Positions 26,007 to 40,500 of a DNA stretch of 64,000 nt are shown in pieces. The notes beneath the pieces are model-generated. The model did no database searches. It saw only the letters and a list, made by a program, of their open reading frames with translations, and was not told where the DNA came from. Numbering within the stretch: the first letter of the stretch is position 1; the number at the start of each line of letters is the position of its first letter. The translations under genes and the position numbers were made by a program. The DNA is from Azolla caroliniana (lineage: Eukaryota; Plantae; Polypodiophyta): assembly GCA_043228905.1 (NCBI GenBank), contig JBHGNT010000015.1, positions 11,470,001 through 11,534,000 of the forward strand, given 5' to 3'.

Positions 26007-26559
26007 GCGTAGCTACATAACATAGTACAGACAATGAGATGAGAAAGACACAGAGGTGGGCCGCGTGCGATCTCAATTAATTAATAGAGAGAGAGAGAGA
26101 GAGGCAGACAGAGGAGAAATCTGAAGGAGAAGGAAGGAAAGAGGAAAGAAGAAATTGCGCAGGAGAAAAGGGTTTTTAGGAGGAACAGCAGCAGCAGTAG
26201 TCATATATCATCTCTCTGTGTGTCTCTGCGTGTGAGCAGGAGCAGGAAGGGAAGGAGGACGACGCCATTAAATGCTGTCTGTGTAGGGTTTTGGTTTGGA
26301 TTAGGGAGGGGGCCATGGCCAATAGGGTTTGCACGGATTGGAGCTCCTCTTCTTCTTCTTCTTTTATCTCTGTTTCAGTTAGGGTTTTCTATTGTGTGTT
26401 GGGTTCTGTAAACCTGTGTACTGTTTGATGGCGATGGCGATGGCGATGGGGGCCTCTGCTTCTGCTTCTGCTTCTTTTGGTGTGTAGGAGATTTGGCGGC
26501 ACTCTCTCTCTGTCTCTCAGTTTAGCTGCATCATCTGGCGGCGTATCAATACGCATATT

Positions 26560-26597
<38 letters not shown>

Positions 26598-26960
26598 CGT
26601 ATGTTAACTAACATTAATTATACCCTTACCTAAATCTAGAGGCGGCGGGGCCCACATACATACATATATGTACATATACTTATACATACACATATATGTA
26701 TTATGTATATATGTACATGGATGGATGGATGGATAGATAGATAGATAGACAGAGATAAGATAGATCAGATATGTATAGAGAGGGTAGGGGGGATGTAGTA
26801 CCTACCTCCTCCAAACAAATTACATACATACATACCACCTTCAATTAATGGGCAATGTATTTGGTTCGCATACGTACATGATGGATGATCCTTCCTCTTA
26901 ACACAATGGATCCCCTTCTAAACACACATATACATATAGAGTGTGTGTGTGTGTGTGTGT
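25680..26960. repeat. Microsatellite cluster upstream of the NRL gene
   Basis: (GCCATA)n, (GA)n, (AT)n, (GGAT/AGAT)n and (GT)n visible directly. Confidence 0.85.
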
Positions 26961-29900
26961 GTGACCCATGGATCCCTCCTCTGTTGGACCCGAAAGTGTG
27001 TGTCTGTTGTGTGTTCGTGAATATGTATATCCTCGGTCGCCCAAAACCCGCGTCCTTACTGTCTTACTTACTTACTTACATTACATTACAGTTTCCTCGT
27101 CCGTCTCCCCAAGGCCTTCCTTCCATCCGAAAAATGCCCGGAAACTTGCCTAGCCGGAATCTCCCATACCAAGACTCTAACAAACATATGTGTGTTGTGT
27201 CCATACAACATACGGTTATATTCGCACCTAGACTTCCTTGCATCAGGTTTTTTTGCTTTTGTGGAGTTCCGGAAATGAAAGAAACACAATCTATTGCCGA
27301 AACTCTCGCACAATGTATGTAGCTCATAACATAACCTTACTTTTTTTTTCCTCCAAACATTTCTTTCATTAGTTAGTATTAAGAAAAGCGCCCAAAGACT
27401 ACAAAACGTACAATCAGAAAATGCTATGTACAAAAGAGAGATGGTCAGGGCAAGGCTACATAACCTTACGAGTGAGTCTTCTTACAAGAAAGGTAAAACA
27501 AAACAAAAAAAACATTAGATAGTACACATGTAGTAAAATCTTTGAAGTTCTATCGTAGAGTGATATCATTCTCCCCTAGGAGGGAGGGGGGGAGGCATGG
27601 TGTACTTGAAATAAAGAGGCCATTAACAAGATGGCCCACATTTATTTAGTGTAGACGAGGGCCATTTATAGTAGTGATGGTTCTGAGATAGTAGCATAAA
27701 GCCATTAAGGAAGAGATATGAATGATTGATCGAGATTGAGAGAGAGGCCACTTACGAAGGAGACTTGGTGCCTTGAATCTTCAGTTATTTATGGTTATTT
27801 GAGTATCATTAGGGCAAAGCATAAATTTGGGTAGTAGAAGTGATTGTGATGGCATTGTTAGGAATGCATGTTATTTCGAACCCATGTGGTCACCAAAAAT
27901 GAATTTCATCACGACTTTGTTAAGATAAAAGCTACTGAGGTCTTTGATTATTACATCTATACTGACAAATGATTGAATCTGAGGAGTAATTTCTTGAAAT
28001 ATTAAACATACGATTTTAAGCATGTTCGAAATGTCCACTTTTTTTTTTTACCATTGAAGGATACATATATAACAATGGCATTTTTTTAAGCAATAAGGAT
28101 AGTACTAAGATGACCTTTGATAATACAATCAATCAAAAGAACGCATAAGCTTTACAATTACACCATCATTTTTAAAGAAACTTATTATATTTCTCGATTT
28201 TGCCATTCACATGAGGCAAATATTTCTTTTTTGATATCTACAGTCTAAAGAGTCATAAGTCTAGGCACCAAGTCTTCTCTTCGTGTGATATTGAGTAGAA
28301 CCGTGGGGTAAGCTCATGGATAAGAGCCCAAGGTTAGGGCAAAAACTAGACTAATGCCTTCAAACTTGGGCATCACAATGTCATGCTATAAGTTGAGTGT
28401 TGTCTTCAAAGGCCAAAGACACAACAACTAACATGTCTCAACATCATACAAAGTCCTTATGTATGATAGGGTGTTGTCACCTCATTCATACAAATGTTTG
28501 TTCCCATCATTTCTTAACCTAATGTTTCTACATGATGTGCAAAAATTACGTGAGAGTAAGGAGATGCCATGACAAAGAAACTTGATCTATGAGCTCCTAC
28601 AATACTCGGGTAAATAAGAAGAAAAAGGCATGGTATTTGGCGATCTTGTGAGAGTCTCTTGGGTGGTGAGGAGTAGCATTGCCACGGTAGAAATTTTATA
28701 CGGTGTCAAAGTATGGTAGATGGGAAGAGGATTAGCTTTCCTCCCCCCATAGGAACACCAAATTCCCTCCCTGTATTAGTTCACCAGTTGTTCCCTTCCA
28801 TTTACTGTGGGCAAGGAAGTAGTGTCTTGATTTGCTTTTGAAATATCTTAACAACTATAGTGTTGGGTGCTCTCCAAAGATGCATCGGGTTAACCATGAA
28901 GAACTATGAAGCTCGAGATAGTATGGCTTTGGGATGAAATGAAACAAATATGGATGGATGGTATATTTGACTCATGATCGTCAATTATGAAACCTAATAC
29001 TACTTAGGCATAGCGATAAGGGGCTAATGGATGTCTGAAACATAAATATTCTCAATGACATCACTTCATGTAAATTAACACCATGTTTTTTGTTAGAAGC
29101 ATTTGGAGTATGGACACAATGTCAATTCCTAGATTCATAACCACAAAACTCAACAAGATTAGACAATGGTTGACAAAAGACAAACTTCCAAGTGTTATGA
29201 ATCACACACATTCAAGTGTGTTCCAAAGAAATAGTGAATTTGTGCATTCAGATGGTGTGCAATGAATTCAATTTGTACAGAGCCATTAATATGGAATCAT
29301 ATGCAAATACTTCTTGGGGAGAAAAGTCATATTCTCACAAAAGGCATGCACATGACAATGAGCTCGCCTTGTAGAACGGTACCATTGTCAAGAATTCCAT
29401 GGTTGAGGAGATGGACCAAGTTTTCCTATTTCTTTATGAGATCTTGTAGGAACTTTAATCATGGATTACTATTTTGTAGATTCCCGTGTTATATACGTTT
29501 GATTGTTCTTCGATGATCAATTGATATTCAATCCAAACGTGTCATTCAATAGTCCATATATTTCAGATGGGGGAAATGGAGACATTGGAGAGAAGATAGA
29601 TAGAGGGAAGATAGATGACACTACTTAAAAATTCGTTTCCATTTTTTTTTAAACCTTAAACCTGAAAAATGTTCCAATTGCTTCACACTTGATTCAATCT
29701 TTCCAAAAAACATTGGCATGATCGTAGTTCCACGTACCAGAAAAACAATAGTCCTTGTATAACCTCTGTGTTGAGGTTGGTTTCTCTCCTTCATTGCTCT
29801 CCAAAAACAAAAATGTGAATATTCATATCCATTAACCTCTTTCTAAGAAAACCGTATATTTCAATCGAGATATGCGTTCATGATGCTGTTTTGATTTGTT

Positions 29901-32888
29901 AGATATATTAAATTGCTTTTTGGTATCTTCTTATCATGGTTTGTTTCATTGTAAAGGTTGAGTGGGAAGGTGAATTATAACAAACTTTAGATCCTCCCAA
30001 AAACAAGCCATCATAATGTGTTTAGCTTTAGAAAAATAAAACTGTAATGGCATCGTCATTACTCATCCAAATCCTACTTGGAAATAACCACTCTTGGGGT
30101 TCTTTTGATCAAGCATTAAACTTCCTTTTCGAAAACTACTTCGCTACGAGAAAAACAAAAATACCTCGATTCGATAAAGTCACAAAATGGCAAACTTATT
30201 ATCTCCAGTCTCATCATGAGCACTTATATATTCAATATGATGTTTAAGAACCAATAATATGTCCAATTTCAACCAATCAAATGGCTATGGGATGAATATT
30301 GATGATTTGGCTAGCACCACACGTGTCTTGTCTATTATAGGCTCCCATTTGTCATGCCAATGGACCATGACTACCATATACCATTGTTTTTGACATTTTT
30401 TCAATGGTTCACATCCACATGATAAATCACCTAGCCTTTATTTTAGGGCCTAAATCCATCACATATCTGTTTCAAATATTCGTGGCGATTTTGAATCAAT
30501 AATGTTGAGAAAGACATGAAGGTTAATATGTTTAAACACACTACTATAGATATGTGCAAGTTAAAATGTTGATTGCCCTTGTGATAGTCCAACCTCACAC
30601 TAATGTTTTGCCAAGAATTAGAAATGAATGAGTGAAATAGTGCAATAAGTTAAACTAGTACCACAATTAAAACTCGAAAGAATGTAATGTACATAAAGAC
30701 TACATTGTCTTTTTAATACCTTGAGAGTAAGCACATGAACATATATCATGTGTCCATGTTGTGGAAGACTCAACTACTACACGTGGTTAACACCGTGTGC
30801 ACTTCTAGAGTACAAGTAAATTGATATGATATATGCTCTCGAATATCAACATCAAACTCTTGGGAAATTCGAGACATCTTTATCATATATGTATCTAACC
30901 CTCGATCCTATCTTTGCTGTCATAGAGATAATATATTTGTAAAATATAACTTTGCTCTAAGGAACCAACATTAAAAATGGCATGAAATGATGTTCCCAAA
31001 AATCGAACAACTTGGGCACATGGTGAAGGCAGTAGCTGATCCTAAAATATTGGCAAATGGACATGAGTTATACATCAACTTCGAACTGTTGGGAACTTCA
31101 AGCATGACATCATTATCACGTATGTGTCTACATTTGAATCCGAACCTTTACAACTCATGGTTCTATGCTCGGAAGGATAGAGGTTGTAAATTTATAATTC
31201 AATGTTTTCCCAACTTCAATTTAAACCTTTAAGAAAAATGTTGGGCAACTGATAAGATTTAAATTGTTTCACTTGGATGAATACATGTGTGTGAGCGCGC
31301 CCACACACACACATCATGGTGATAGGTAAATATGTACATATATGTTATAAATCCAAAATAGAATGAAGTGTACTTATATGCTCTCACAAAACACATCTCG
31401 AATTCCCAAAATAACATTCATTTTCTTCGTGATATCCACCATAGTTTTTCTACACAAACCTCTCATAGTCGTGTAGCAATTACATGTCTTTCTTTACTTA
31501 AAAGATCATGGGGATGAAGTGAATATCTTGCAATTTTAGCTATCAAACCCAATGAACCACAATGTTGACAAACCTCATCACTAAAACTTTTTTTCTGATT
31601 TGGGTGCATGGGGATTTGAAGTCTTGTGCCACATTGCTTGATTCATAGGGTGAATTGTGCCCCCTAGACAACAAGGCCCAAGATCATCAATGTTCATGAT
31701 GTAACGGTCTTTCATAATACTTGTGCGGTTTTAATGTAGTTTAATTCTTTTATTTTTCTTTTCAGTAACACTTTTATTACTAGTGGGAAACCTCAATGTG
31801 AGGTGAAAACCCACAAAGAATAAAGTGAAGTATACAAGTGTCGATAAGACACTAAAGAGCTTAGAAAGTTTAATTCCACATTACTAGTAATAGTTATATA
31901 CAATACGTTTAGTCCTCTTGAGTGTATTAGATATTGATTAAATGAAGTAGCCTCAAATGAAATGATTGAGAGAGAGACATGTTCTAAATAAAAGATCATC
32001 CAAAATATACTTATATATGTACAAGAGCTTCAAAAGGTATGCTCGATAATGCTTAAAATTGCAAGTACATTTTTTGTCAAGTTTGAGATCTTCATCACAT
32101 GAAAAGCAGGATTAAGCACATAATTAAACTTCCAACTAGATGCAAAATTAAAAATTGAAGCATCTAATTCACTAAATTAGACATGCCCACTGTCTATGTG
32201 TAAGCATTACCAACAAATTAAGATTCTATCTATCGTAAAAAACTAATCCTCACAATGTCACGTGATCAGTGACCTAACTTTGACCAAGCATATGATAGGT
32301 ACATTTGAAAATATGTAACCAAGCATGTATTTTGAATCTCTCTTAAAATTTTGGTATTTTTTGTTTTCTTTAATGCCCATGAGAGATTGAAGGAAACATT
32401 GTAGTATGGGGTCAAGCCCATACAAAGGTAGAATCTAACTTGAGTTCTCTCAAATTTATGATGTCCAATCTTGTGATTTATGATGAACCTCAAGTGTTCG
32501 TCCTATTCCTTGTCCAACCATCACATCACACTTTTGTGATCTCAAATCCTCATTATATACTACATTAGCTTTTGATATTTTATTCATTTTATTGTATAGT
32601 TGAGTAAATAAGGGTCTTTGTAATTTGAAATCCTCATTATATACAACATTAGCCCTTGATCTTTTATTACTTTTCTAGTATAGTTAAGAAAACCTTATTT
32701 ACATATTTGTTTTTGTCATTTTAGCAATTTACATAATGAGGTTAGCCTAGCTCTAGTTAGGTCTTTCTCTCATCTTTAATTTTTAGGATCTGAATCATGA
32801 CCATTTTGTTACCAAGAATATTACTTACCATTGGGGAATAAGAATACCATTTAGTAAATCAATCAAAACATTCCCCTATGCTAATATT

Positions 32889-34853
32889 ATGATAAGAAAT
32901 AAGCTAATATATTGGAAGAAGGAAAGGTTATCCTTAGCTGGACGTGTAGTTGTTGCTAATTCTGTGCTTTTATCATCTGTTTGGTATATAGCCTCTACAT
33001 GGTTGTTTTCTAGGTCCATTATGCTTAGAGTTCAACGTCTAGTACGGAATTTTATTTGGGGAAATGATACGGTACACAATACTATAGCAAAGGTAGCTTG
33101 GTCGGTTCTTATACAACCCAAACATAAAGGAGGTTTAGGTTTGATTGATCCTTTCATGCAAAGTAAAGCATTACTTGTTAAACATGTTGTTAGGTGTTTA
33201 TTGCCTGGACAAGAGTTATGGAAAAAGTTTTGGATGTGTCATTTATATAAATTAAAACCATCGGTTGGTGGTAATTGGCGTGATAGTCTTAGATGGTTCT
33301 TTAATTCAGATTTTCCGCTGTCTAAATCGACAGTTGGGTCCTTTAGTTTTTTTAATGGCATTCTAAGGGCATGGGAAAGTATTCGTCGAGCGCTGGTTTT
33401 TTTGCCACCAAAAACATATCATCAATTAATGCGTCAGCCGTTGTTATGGAATCCTTTGTTTACTGATGAAGCGGCATGTGTCTTAGGTTTACGACCTAGG
33501 TTATCTTGGGCTGCAATGGATAATGGACCAGCTCGTACGGTTGCGGATTGGATTGCTTTCCTGCAGACTTCAGTGCAAGACCAAAAGAGTAGGGTGTCTA
33601 ATTTCAGAGGGGCAAACATTATGATAACTCAAGTGTCAACGGTGTATCAGGTAACATTACCAACTTTGAGTTTTGGTCATTGTTTGAATTGGTATGGTAT
33701 GTTTTCGAGATTAAATATACTAATAGGAGCTCGTCTGTATACTCAAAATGGTAGCCTTTACTTTTATGAAGTTTGCGATAATGGTAGGTTGTTGGTAGTG
33801 GAGGAGGAGTCTTCAATTGTGTCTTCTGCCAGGCAGCTGCCAGTGAGAGTAATAGCTAGGTTGGGAAAAAAGATATTTATAGATCCTAATTCACTAATTG
33901 CTAAGTATTCATCTCATATATGGGTTTTAAATTCTAGACCAATTGTTGATTTGCAGTGGGATCCATTAGATTATGGTTGGAAGTTACCAATGTCTGATAG
34001 TACGCAAGAGAAAGTTCTTCCATTTTTTGCATATTCTGTGTCACTGGGTAGGAAGTTTTTGTTAAATGAGATAGAGTCAATTCCGGCAGGAAAAAAATAT
34101 TGGGAGGAAGGTAATGTCTCATCTACATATATGTTGAAGTTTTGGAAACACCTTTGGTCGCTTAAATGTATGAACAAGGTATTGCACTTTCGATGGTTAA
34201 TGATTCATTATGCATTGCCAGTAGGAGCTTTATTGAGGGGAACAATACCTGATCGATCATGTGGTAGGTGTGGCTGGGCATATGAGACATTACATCATGC
34301 TTTTTGGGAATGTGTTACGGCCAAATGTTTTTGGGCTCGTATTCTTAGGCTTTTAAGTCGTAAGTATAGGGCTACTAAATTCACGTGGGGTACAATCTTT
34401 TGGGGTACGTTGGATCGAGAAACTATTTTTTATCATTATCATAATTCATCATTGACTTTACATGTGAAAAGTTTTCAGGTGTACGTTACGAATAGCTCCT
34501 TGCAGGGAGTCAAGTTCTTTTCTAGGTGTTATGTTTGGAACTTTATTTCCTCGTTGGCCTTATGGATTATTTGGAAAGCAAGGTGTTCTAAAATATATAA
34601 TGATGAAGATACTAATGTTGTGGATCAAGTTAAATCTTTCTGGGAATTATTGGTAAATATAGTTAAAGGTGAATATGATAGCTATAAGGGTTGTGGAAAT
34701 GGGCCTAACCGGAAAAGAAAGCGACTTAGAAGAGTCTGGTCAACCATTCCTATTTTTTTGGATGCAATAGGGGAAGATGTAAAGTGGAATTATGTTCCAC
34801 CTCGATGGTTGTTTCCGCCACCAGCGCCATTTATATTGAACACAGCCGTTTAG
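32889..34853 (+). CDS. LINE ORF2 C-terminal fragment (RT thumb to zf-RVT), 654 aa uninterrupted
   Basis: LSLAGRVVVANSVL, KVAW...PKHKGGLG, CGRCG..ETLHHAFWEC (zf-RVT), LWIIWKAR. Confidence 0.85.
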   Translation: MIRNKLIYWKKERLSLAGRVVVANSVLLSSVWYIASTWLFSRSIMLRVQRLVRNFIWGNDTVHNTIAKVAWSVLIQPKHKGGLGLIDPFMQSKALLVKHVVRCLLPGQELWKKFWMCHLYKLKPSVGGNWRDSLRWFFNSDFPLSKSTVGSFSFFNGILRAWESIRRALVFLPPKTYHQLMRQPLLWNPLFTDEAACVLGLRPRLSWAAMDNGPARTVADWIAFLQTSVQDQKSRVSNFRGANIMITQVSTVYQVTLPTLSFGHCLNWYGMFSRLNILIGARLYTQNGSLYFYEVCDNGRLLVVEEESSIVSSARQLPVRVIARLGKKIFIDPNSLIAKYSSHIWVLNSRPIVDLQWDPLDYGWKLPMSDSTQEKVLPFFAYSVSLGRKFLLNEIESIPAGKKYWEEGNVSSTYMLKFWKHLWSLKCMNKVLHFRWLMIHYALPVGALLRGTIPDRSCGRCGWAYETLHHAFWECVTAKCFWARILRLLSRKYRATKFTWGTIFWGTLDRETIFYHYHNSSLTLHVKSFQVYVTNSSLQGVKFFSRCYVWNFISSLALWIIWKARCSKIYNDEDTNVVDQVKSFWELLVNIVKGEYDSYKGCGNGPNRKRKRLRRVWSTIPIFLDAIGEDVKWNYVPPRWLFPPPAPFILNTAV

Positions 34854-35850
34854 GATGAGTGCGTGAGGAAAGTGTAAACTGTTTTTGTGTTGTAAATACA
34901 GGTTTTCCACGGACATTGGCAACAAGCTAATCGACGAGAGGGCTGATGTGGAAAGAAGGAAGAATGTGTAAGAGAAAAGGATGGGGTATGGTGGCGGGGT
35001 CATAGTCGACAATCGTGAGTGGGTGGGGAATTTTTACACTAATTTTTGTTTTTAATACAGGTTTTTCGTCAACAGTGCAAGATGTTAATCGGCAAGAGGG
35101 CTGACGTGGACTGAATGAAGAATTTCTTGTTTTGTGATAAGGATGAGGGAAGATGGCGGGGGGGTCGAAGCCATCTATCATGAGTGAGGAAACTTTGAGA
35201 TTAACTGTTTTGTTATTGATACAGGTTTTTTCGTGGACATTGGTCATGACGATAATTGGCTAGACGGTTGATGTGGATTGAACGAAGAAATTTTCTGTGT
35301 GAAAGTGATAAGGTTGAGTGAAGATGGTGGGGAGGGTGAAGCCGACTATAACGAGTGGGTGAGAAAATGTTTACACTAATTTTGTGTTGATCAATACAGG
35401 ATATGCGTGGACATTGCCACCGTGTTAATTGGTGAGATGGCTGATGTCGACTGTATGAAGAATTTCTGTGTTAAGGATGAGTGAAGATGGTGGGGAGGGT
35501 GAAGCCGACTATAACGAGTGGGTGAGGAAATGTTTACATTAATTTTGTGTTGATCAATACAGGATATGCGTGGACATTGCCACCGTGGTATTTGGTGAGA
35601 TGGCTGATGTCGACTGAATGAAGAATTATTGTGTTAAGGATGAGTGAAGATGGTGGGGAGGGTCGAAGCCAATGTGCAGGAGTGGGTGAGGACATGTTTT
35701 AACCTAAGTTTTTGTTGATTATACAGGATATGCGTGGACATTGGAACCAGGTTAATCGGTGAGATGGCTGATGTCGACTAAAGGAAGAAATATTTGTGGT
35801 GAGGATGAGTGAAGATGGTGGGGAGGGTCGAAGCCAATCATCACGAGTGG
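34853..35850 (+). repeat. Tandem array (~164-bp unit, ~6 copies) in the LINE 3' UTR
   Basis: Core AGGATGAGTGAAGATGGTGGGGAGGGT recurs at ~34977, 35139, 35310, 35474, 35637 and 35802. Confidence 0.9.
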
Positions 35851-37591
35851 CTTGAAGAAGACTACGGCCAAGAAGTAGCAGATTACCTCAATGGCTTGAT
35901 TGGAGAGAGCAGTTTTGTATTACCTAAGTGGTACAAAAGGACATTCACAAAGGAAAATTAAAGGCCAAGGAACGGGAACAGCTATTGGACAACCAGGTGA
36001 TAGTGAACAACTTTAGTACATGCGGAACCAAATGCAAACATGGAGTTTTTAGACTACTAGCCATGATTACCACCAACATATGTATTCACTTGGACCGCAG
36101 GAATTTGTTTATAGGTTGAATATGGGTATACTAAAGAGCTTCAGTATATGTGGAATCACATTCAGCCAATGTTGGCTGCAACATGATGTTTTTTAGAGGC
36201 CATAACAAATGCCATCTTTATTTGGTCCCTTTTTTTACGATATATACTTATGGAGTGGAAACTATTATGTACAATTTGTAGATTGCCTTTGGCATTGTTA
36301 ATTTTAATACCAATGGAGCATATTTAAAAAAAAAAAAAAAACATTCCCCTATGCTAGATAGAATTTCCCTGCTATTGGAGAAGTATGTGTTAAAGACGAA
36401 TACTTTTATTGAGGAATTAGAATAATTCTGATGAGAAACTAACAAAGAAATGAGTAGTAGAATCTAGATTTAGGAATACCAACAAAGCTATTGTCCAACA
36501 ATCATGTGTGCCTTAAAATTTTGTTCTCGGCCATTCACATAGAATGAGATGAGATTGATTCCGGCATGAATTATAAGATGATGCCAAAGATATCTTACTC
36601 ACAATGGAGGATCCATAATCACTTGCAAATGCCATTGTGCATTGTTTTTTGACTTGATAACCACATTTTGAGTGAAGATAAGAGCATCAATGAAGTGAGA
36701 CAAGACTACATACCTCAATATCGAATTCGACATCATTCCCCCCTTTAATTGAAGGCGACACCAATGCTACGTCATGCAAGTTTATTATTTGATCGTATGA
36801 GATCCTCTTTCATATGTTAAGAATAAGAAACATTTGGAGGCAGTGAGGATCTAGAACGCAATAAGCATTTGGAGTAGTGAGGGTTGAGAACTAGGTTTAG
36901 TAAAAGTCTCTCATTGATTGGTGCAGTCCCCAAATCGCCTCTCAAAATCCTCATATGGTGGTTATATTCACATTGATCAAGCTAGGAAACCCAGAATCTT
37001 GTAAGTACAAGTAAAGTCAAGCAACATATTGGGCTACATGAGCACAACTTTATAACATATCAAATTGTACCTTAACTCCTCTCTAGGTATTCAAAGTCTC
37101 ATTCTAGAAATTCAAATGATCTAGTAAGAAGTATCCCTACCAATTCCAATGAGTACCGATTCTAGTGTTGTTAGAGAAGTATCAAGGTTTTGCAAAAATG
37201 TTGATATGGACAAGGCTACCATATACCAAATCATTGCTCCTATGATTGTCCCATAGATCTCTAGCCAAACACTACTCTTCCATTTGGGGCCATTTATGGG
37301 TTGTCATCTGAAGATGTAGAAGCACTTAAAACCTATATTGAGGAGAATCTAGAGATGTGGCACATGATCTAGAAGCACTCCCAATATGTAGTATATGCGC
37401 ACATGTTCTTGATATTTCCTTCATATTGGTAGTTTGAAATTGATATTCTTTATCATTCATCCCAAAAGATAATGGAGTGCCTCAAGGGAGCTAAATACTT
37501 CACAAAGGTTGACTTTCCCCAATGTGTATAATCTCATTTGTATTTGAGCGGGGGACAAGTGAAAGATTGCTTTACTCACTTAGTTGTGGGT

Positions 37592-40500
37592 TGTTGAGAG
37601 ATCAAGCTCAACTTAGTTTAGTTAGTTAGCCAACCATGTAACTTCGTAGTTACCTAGATAGAATCTAGTTAGAAGTGTTGACTATAACGCCTTAAACATG
37701 ACATTGTACTTAAGTGGGATATTCTAGATCCTCCACTCCCAAGTACATTTAATATAGGACTTACACCTTTGTACCTATATTCTCCTCACACATGTGCACC
37801 CTTGCACATGAGATCTATATATACCTCATTGTAGGTATTTTTGTATTTGATGATGATGATGCTAATTTAATATACTTACTCATCCCCCATCTTGTGTTGT
37901 TTATAAGTGTATCTCTCTCTCTCTCTCTCTCTTCCTCTCACACACATACACACACATATCACATAATCTTATGTGCTTAACTTAATCACATAATTAGGTA
38001 CTAATTAACTCGTAGTTAATCACCTAGTTCTTAACATGGTATTAGAGCGTGTGGTTTAGCACATCCACTAAGCCCACCCGACTACATGATTGTGTGTTCG
38101 AGACTTCGACGACAAAATCCGGCTATCGGCTATCGTAGTGCCGCTACGTAGCAAGTGTACGTGATCGAAGGAAGAAAAGCAAAAGAAGAGAAGACACTAC
38201 ATATCAACATGAACACACAAATGGGTAGCTCGCCCCCAAGTGAAAAGCTAGAACGGAACAATTATTCATCTTGGGAGTACAAGATGACCCAATACCTCGT
38301 TGGCCAAGGGTATTGAAGCTACATCAATGACACACAAGAAAATCGACCCAACTCGAAGAACACTGACTACGCAACATGGGAGCAAGTGGCGAGTCGAGTC
38401 ATGTATTGCTTGACAACATGTGTCGACGATCACATGCTTAGCCACATTTGAGGCACCAAGACGCCTAAAGAGGCGTGGGGGAACTTGAAGAAGATGTTTG
38501 TCGTCAACACGACCGCCTGAAAGCTTCAACTCCGATAAGAGTTGAACAACATTCGACAAGAAGATATGTCCGTGTTGGACTACACCGCCAAGATAAAGAG
38601 CATTTGCAACTCGCTTGGCTCTATCAACATAATCGTCGACGGAGACGAGATGGTTCAAGTATGCTTGGACGGCCTCGCACAACAATTCGACTCGTTGAGG
38701 ACGACAATCTTGGTGAGGGAAAACCCTCATTTGTTCTTCGACCTTCAATCAATGCTAATGGTTATAGAGAACTACGTCTAAACCAAAACCAAGACATCGG
38801 AAGGACAAATGTTCTTCTCGAATTCGGATGGTGGACGAGGACGAGGACGAGGCGGTAGAAGAGGTCGATTCGACCCATCACACGAAGGGAACTCAAACCT
38901 TCAACAACAAGATGGAAGCCATCGAGGAACCTTTGGAAGAAGGGGGAGCTTCCATGCCGAACAAGGTCGGCAAACAATGCCACTTACCTACAACTATTGT
39001 GGGAAGATCGGTCATTGCGAAGAGAAGTGTCGAAAAAAGAGAAGTGAGTTGGCTTCAACAAGCCGACAACTCACAAACTACGCCAACAACTCTGAATACG
39101 ACGACTACAATGGTCTATTCGTAATGAGACATAGACTGAACTCTATGACGGCTTTTGACACCACAAGCACCTCCAATTCGGAAGACATGTGGTTCGTCGA
39201 TTCCGGCGCCTCACATCACATGACATCCCTAGAAGAGTGGTTTAGTGATTTGCGTACACCCGATCGACCCGACGTCATAGAGATGGGTGACGACATCACA
39301 CATCAGATTCGGCACATCCGCAACATTCCATTCGGCGACGACCAAACGAATTGCATCAAGAATGTCTTGCACGTGCCCACAATAACGAAGAATTTGGTCT
39401 CGGTTGGCCAAATTGTGGAGCAAGGCATGCAAGTCCGCTTCAACAACGAAGGTTGTTTCATTGAGAAAGATGGATGACTCATAGCCAAGGGACGGAGAGA
39501 CGGTCACATGTTCATCCTCGATTCGAACGAGGTGAAATCGGCCATGTATGCCAAAGGTCTCAAAACCGAGACGAACATCGAGTTGTGGCACAAGAGAATC
39601 GACCATATCAACCTCCAATGGCTCCGAGCTATGCAAACAAAGGGAGTTGTCATCGGACTTCCGGCCTTCGAGTCGAAATGAGTCGACCGAGTGTGTGAAG
39701 CATGCCAACTCGGCAAACAACATCGACTCCCATTTTTGAAGGAGAGCTCTGAAGCAAAGGCCTCCTTGACGTCATACACTCGGATGTATGGGGACTGGCT
39801 CAAATGCCAACGATCGGCGGATGCCAATACTATGTCACCTTCGTTGACGACTACTCCCGCTACACTTGGATCTTTCTGATGAAGAAGATGAGCAAAGTGC
39901 TCTCCCACTTCCAAAAGCTCAAGGGTCAAGTCGAAAAAGAAACCGGTCGGCACATTTGATGCCTACGATCGGATGGAGGCAAGGAGTACTTCCTCGATGA
40001 ATTCACCTCTTACCTCCAAAGTGAAGGCATTTGGAGAGAATTCTCGTGCCGACACACACTCCAACAAAATGGAGTCGCCGAAAGGAAGAATCGGCAAATA
40101 CTCGAGGTAGCACGCACCACGATGCATGAGAAGCACATGCTGAATTTCTATTGGGCCGAAGCGGCATCCATGATCGTCTATCTCATGAATCGATGCACCA
40201 CCAATGGAGTGCATGAGCTAACTCCCTACGAGCTCCTTGTCGGAAGGAAGCCGATCCTGTCGCACCTCAAGGTGTTCGGAAGCATTGCGAATGTATGCAT
40301 CCCAAACGAACAACGACAGAAGCCTGACGCGAAGTCAGAGGAATGTATCCTCATAGGATACTCGTCCAAGAAGAAGGCATACAAGTGCTATAATCCTTTG
40401 ACCCGAGTGGTTTGGGTGAGTCGAGACGTAGTCTTCGACGAATCAACATCTTTGTATAAGCGTGATTCGGCTCCACCTGACATAACTGAGGAAGAGTTGA

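Larger units (their letters stand above)
32884..36341 (+). mobile_element. 5'-truncated L1-clade LINE with poly(A) and TSD
   Basis: TSD AAAACATTCCCCTATGCTA at 32865-32883 and 36338-36356. A16 at 36326-36341. Carries the ORF2 C-terminal half. Confidence 0.93.

Noticed and set aside
29000-31300. Possible decayed DNA-transposon coding remnants
   Set aside because: Too many stops and no diagnostic motif or termini that I could identify.
31596-31680. Possible tRNA-derived SINE on the minus strand (TTCAAATCCCC)
   Set aside because: Weak A-box and no convincing tail or TSD.
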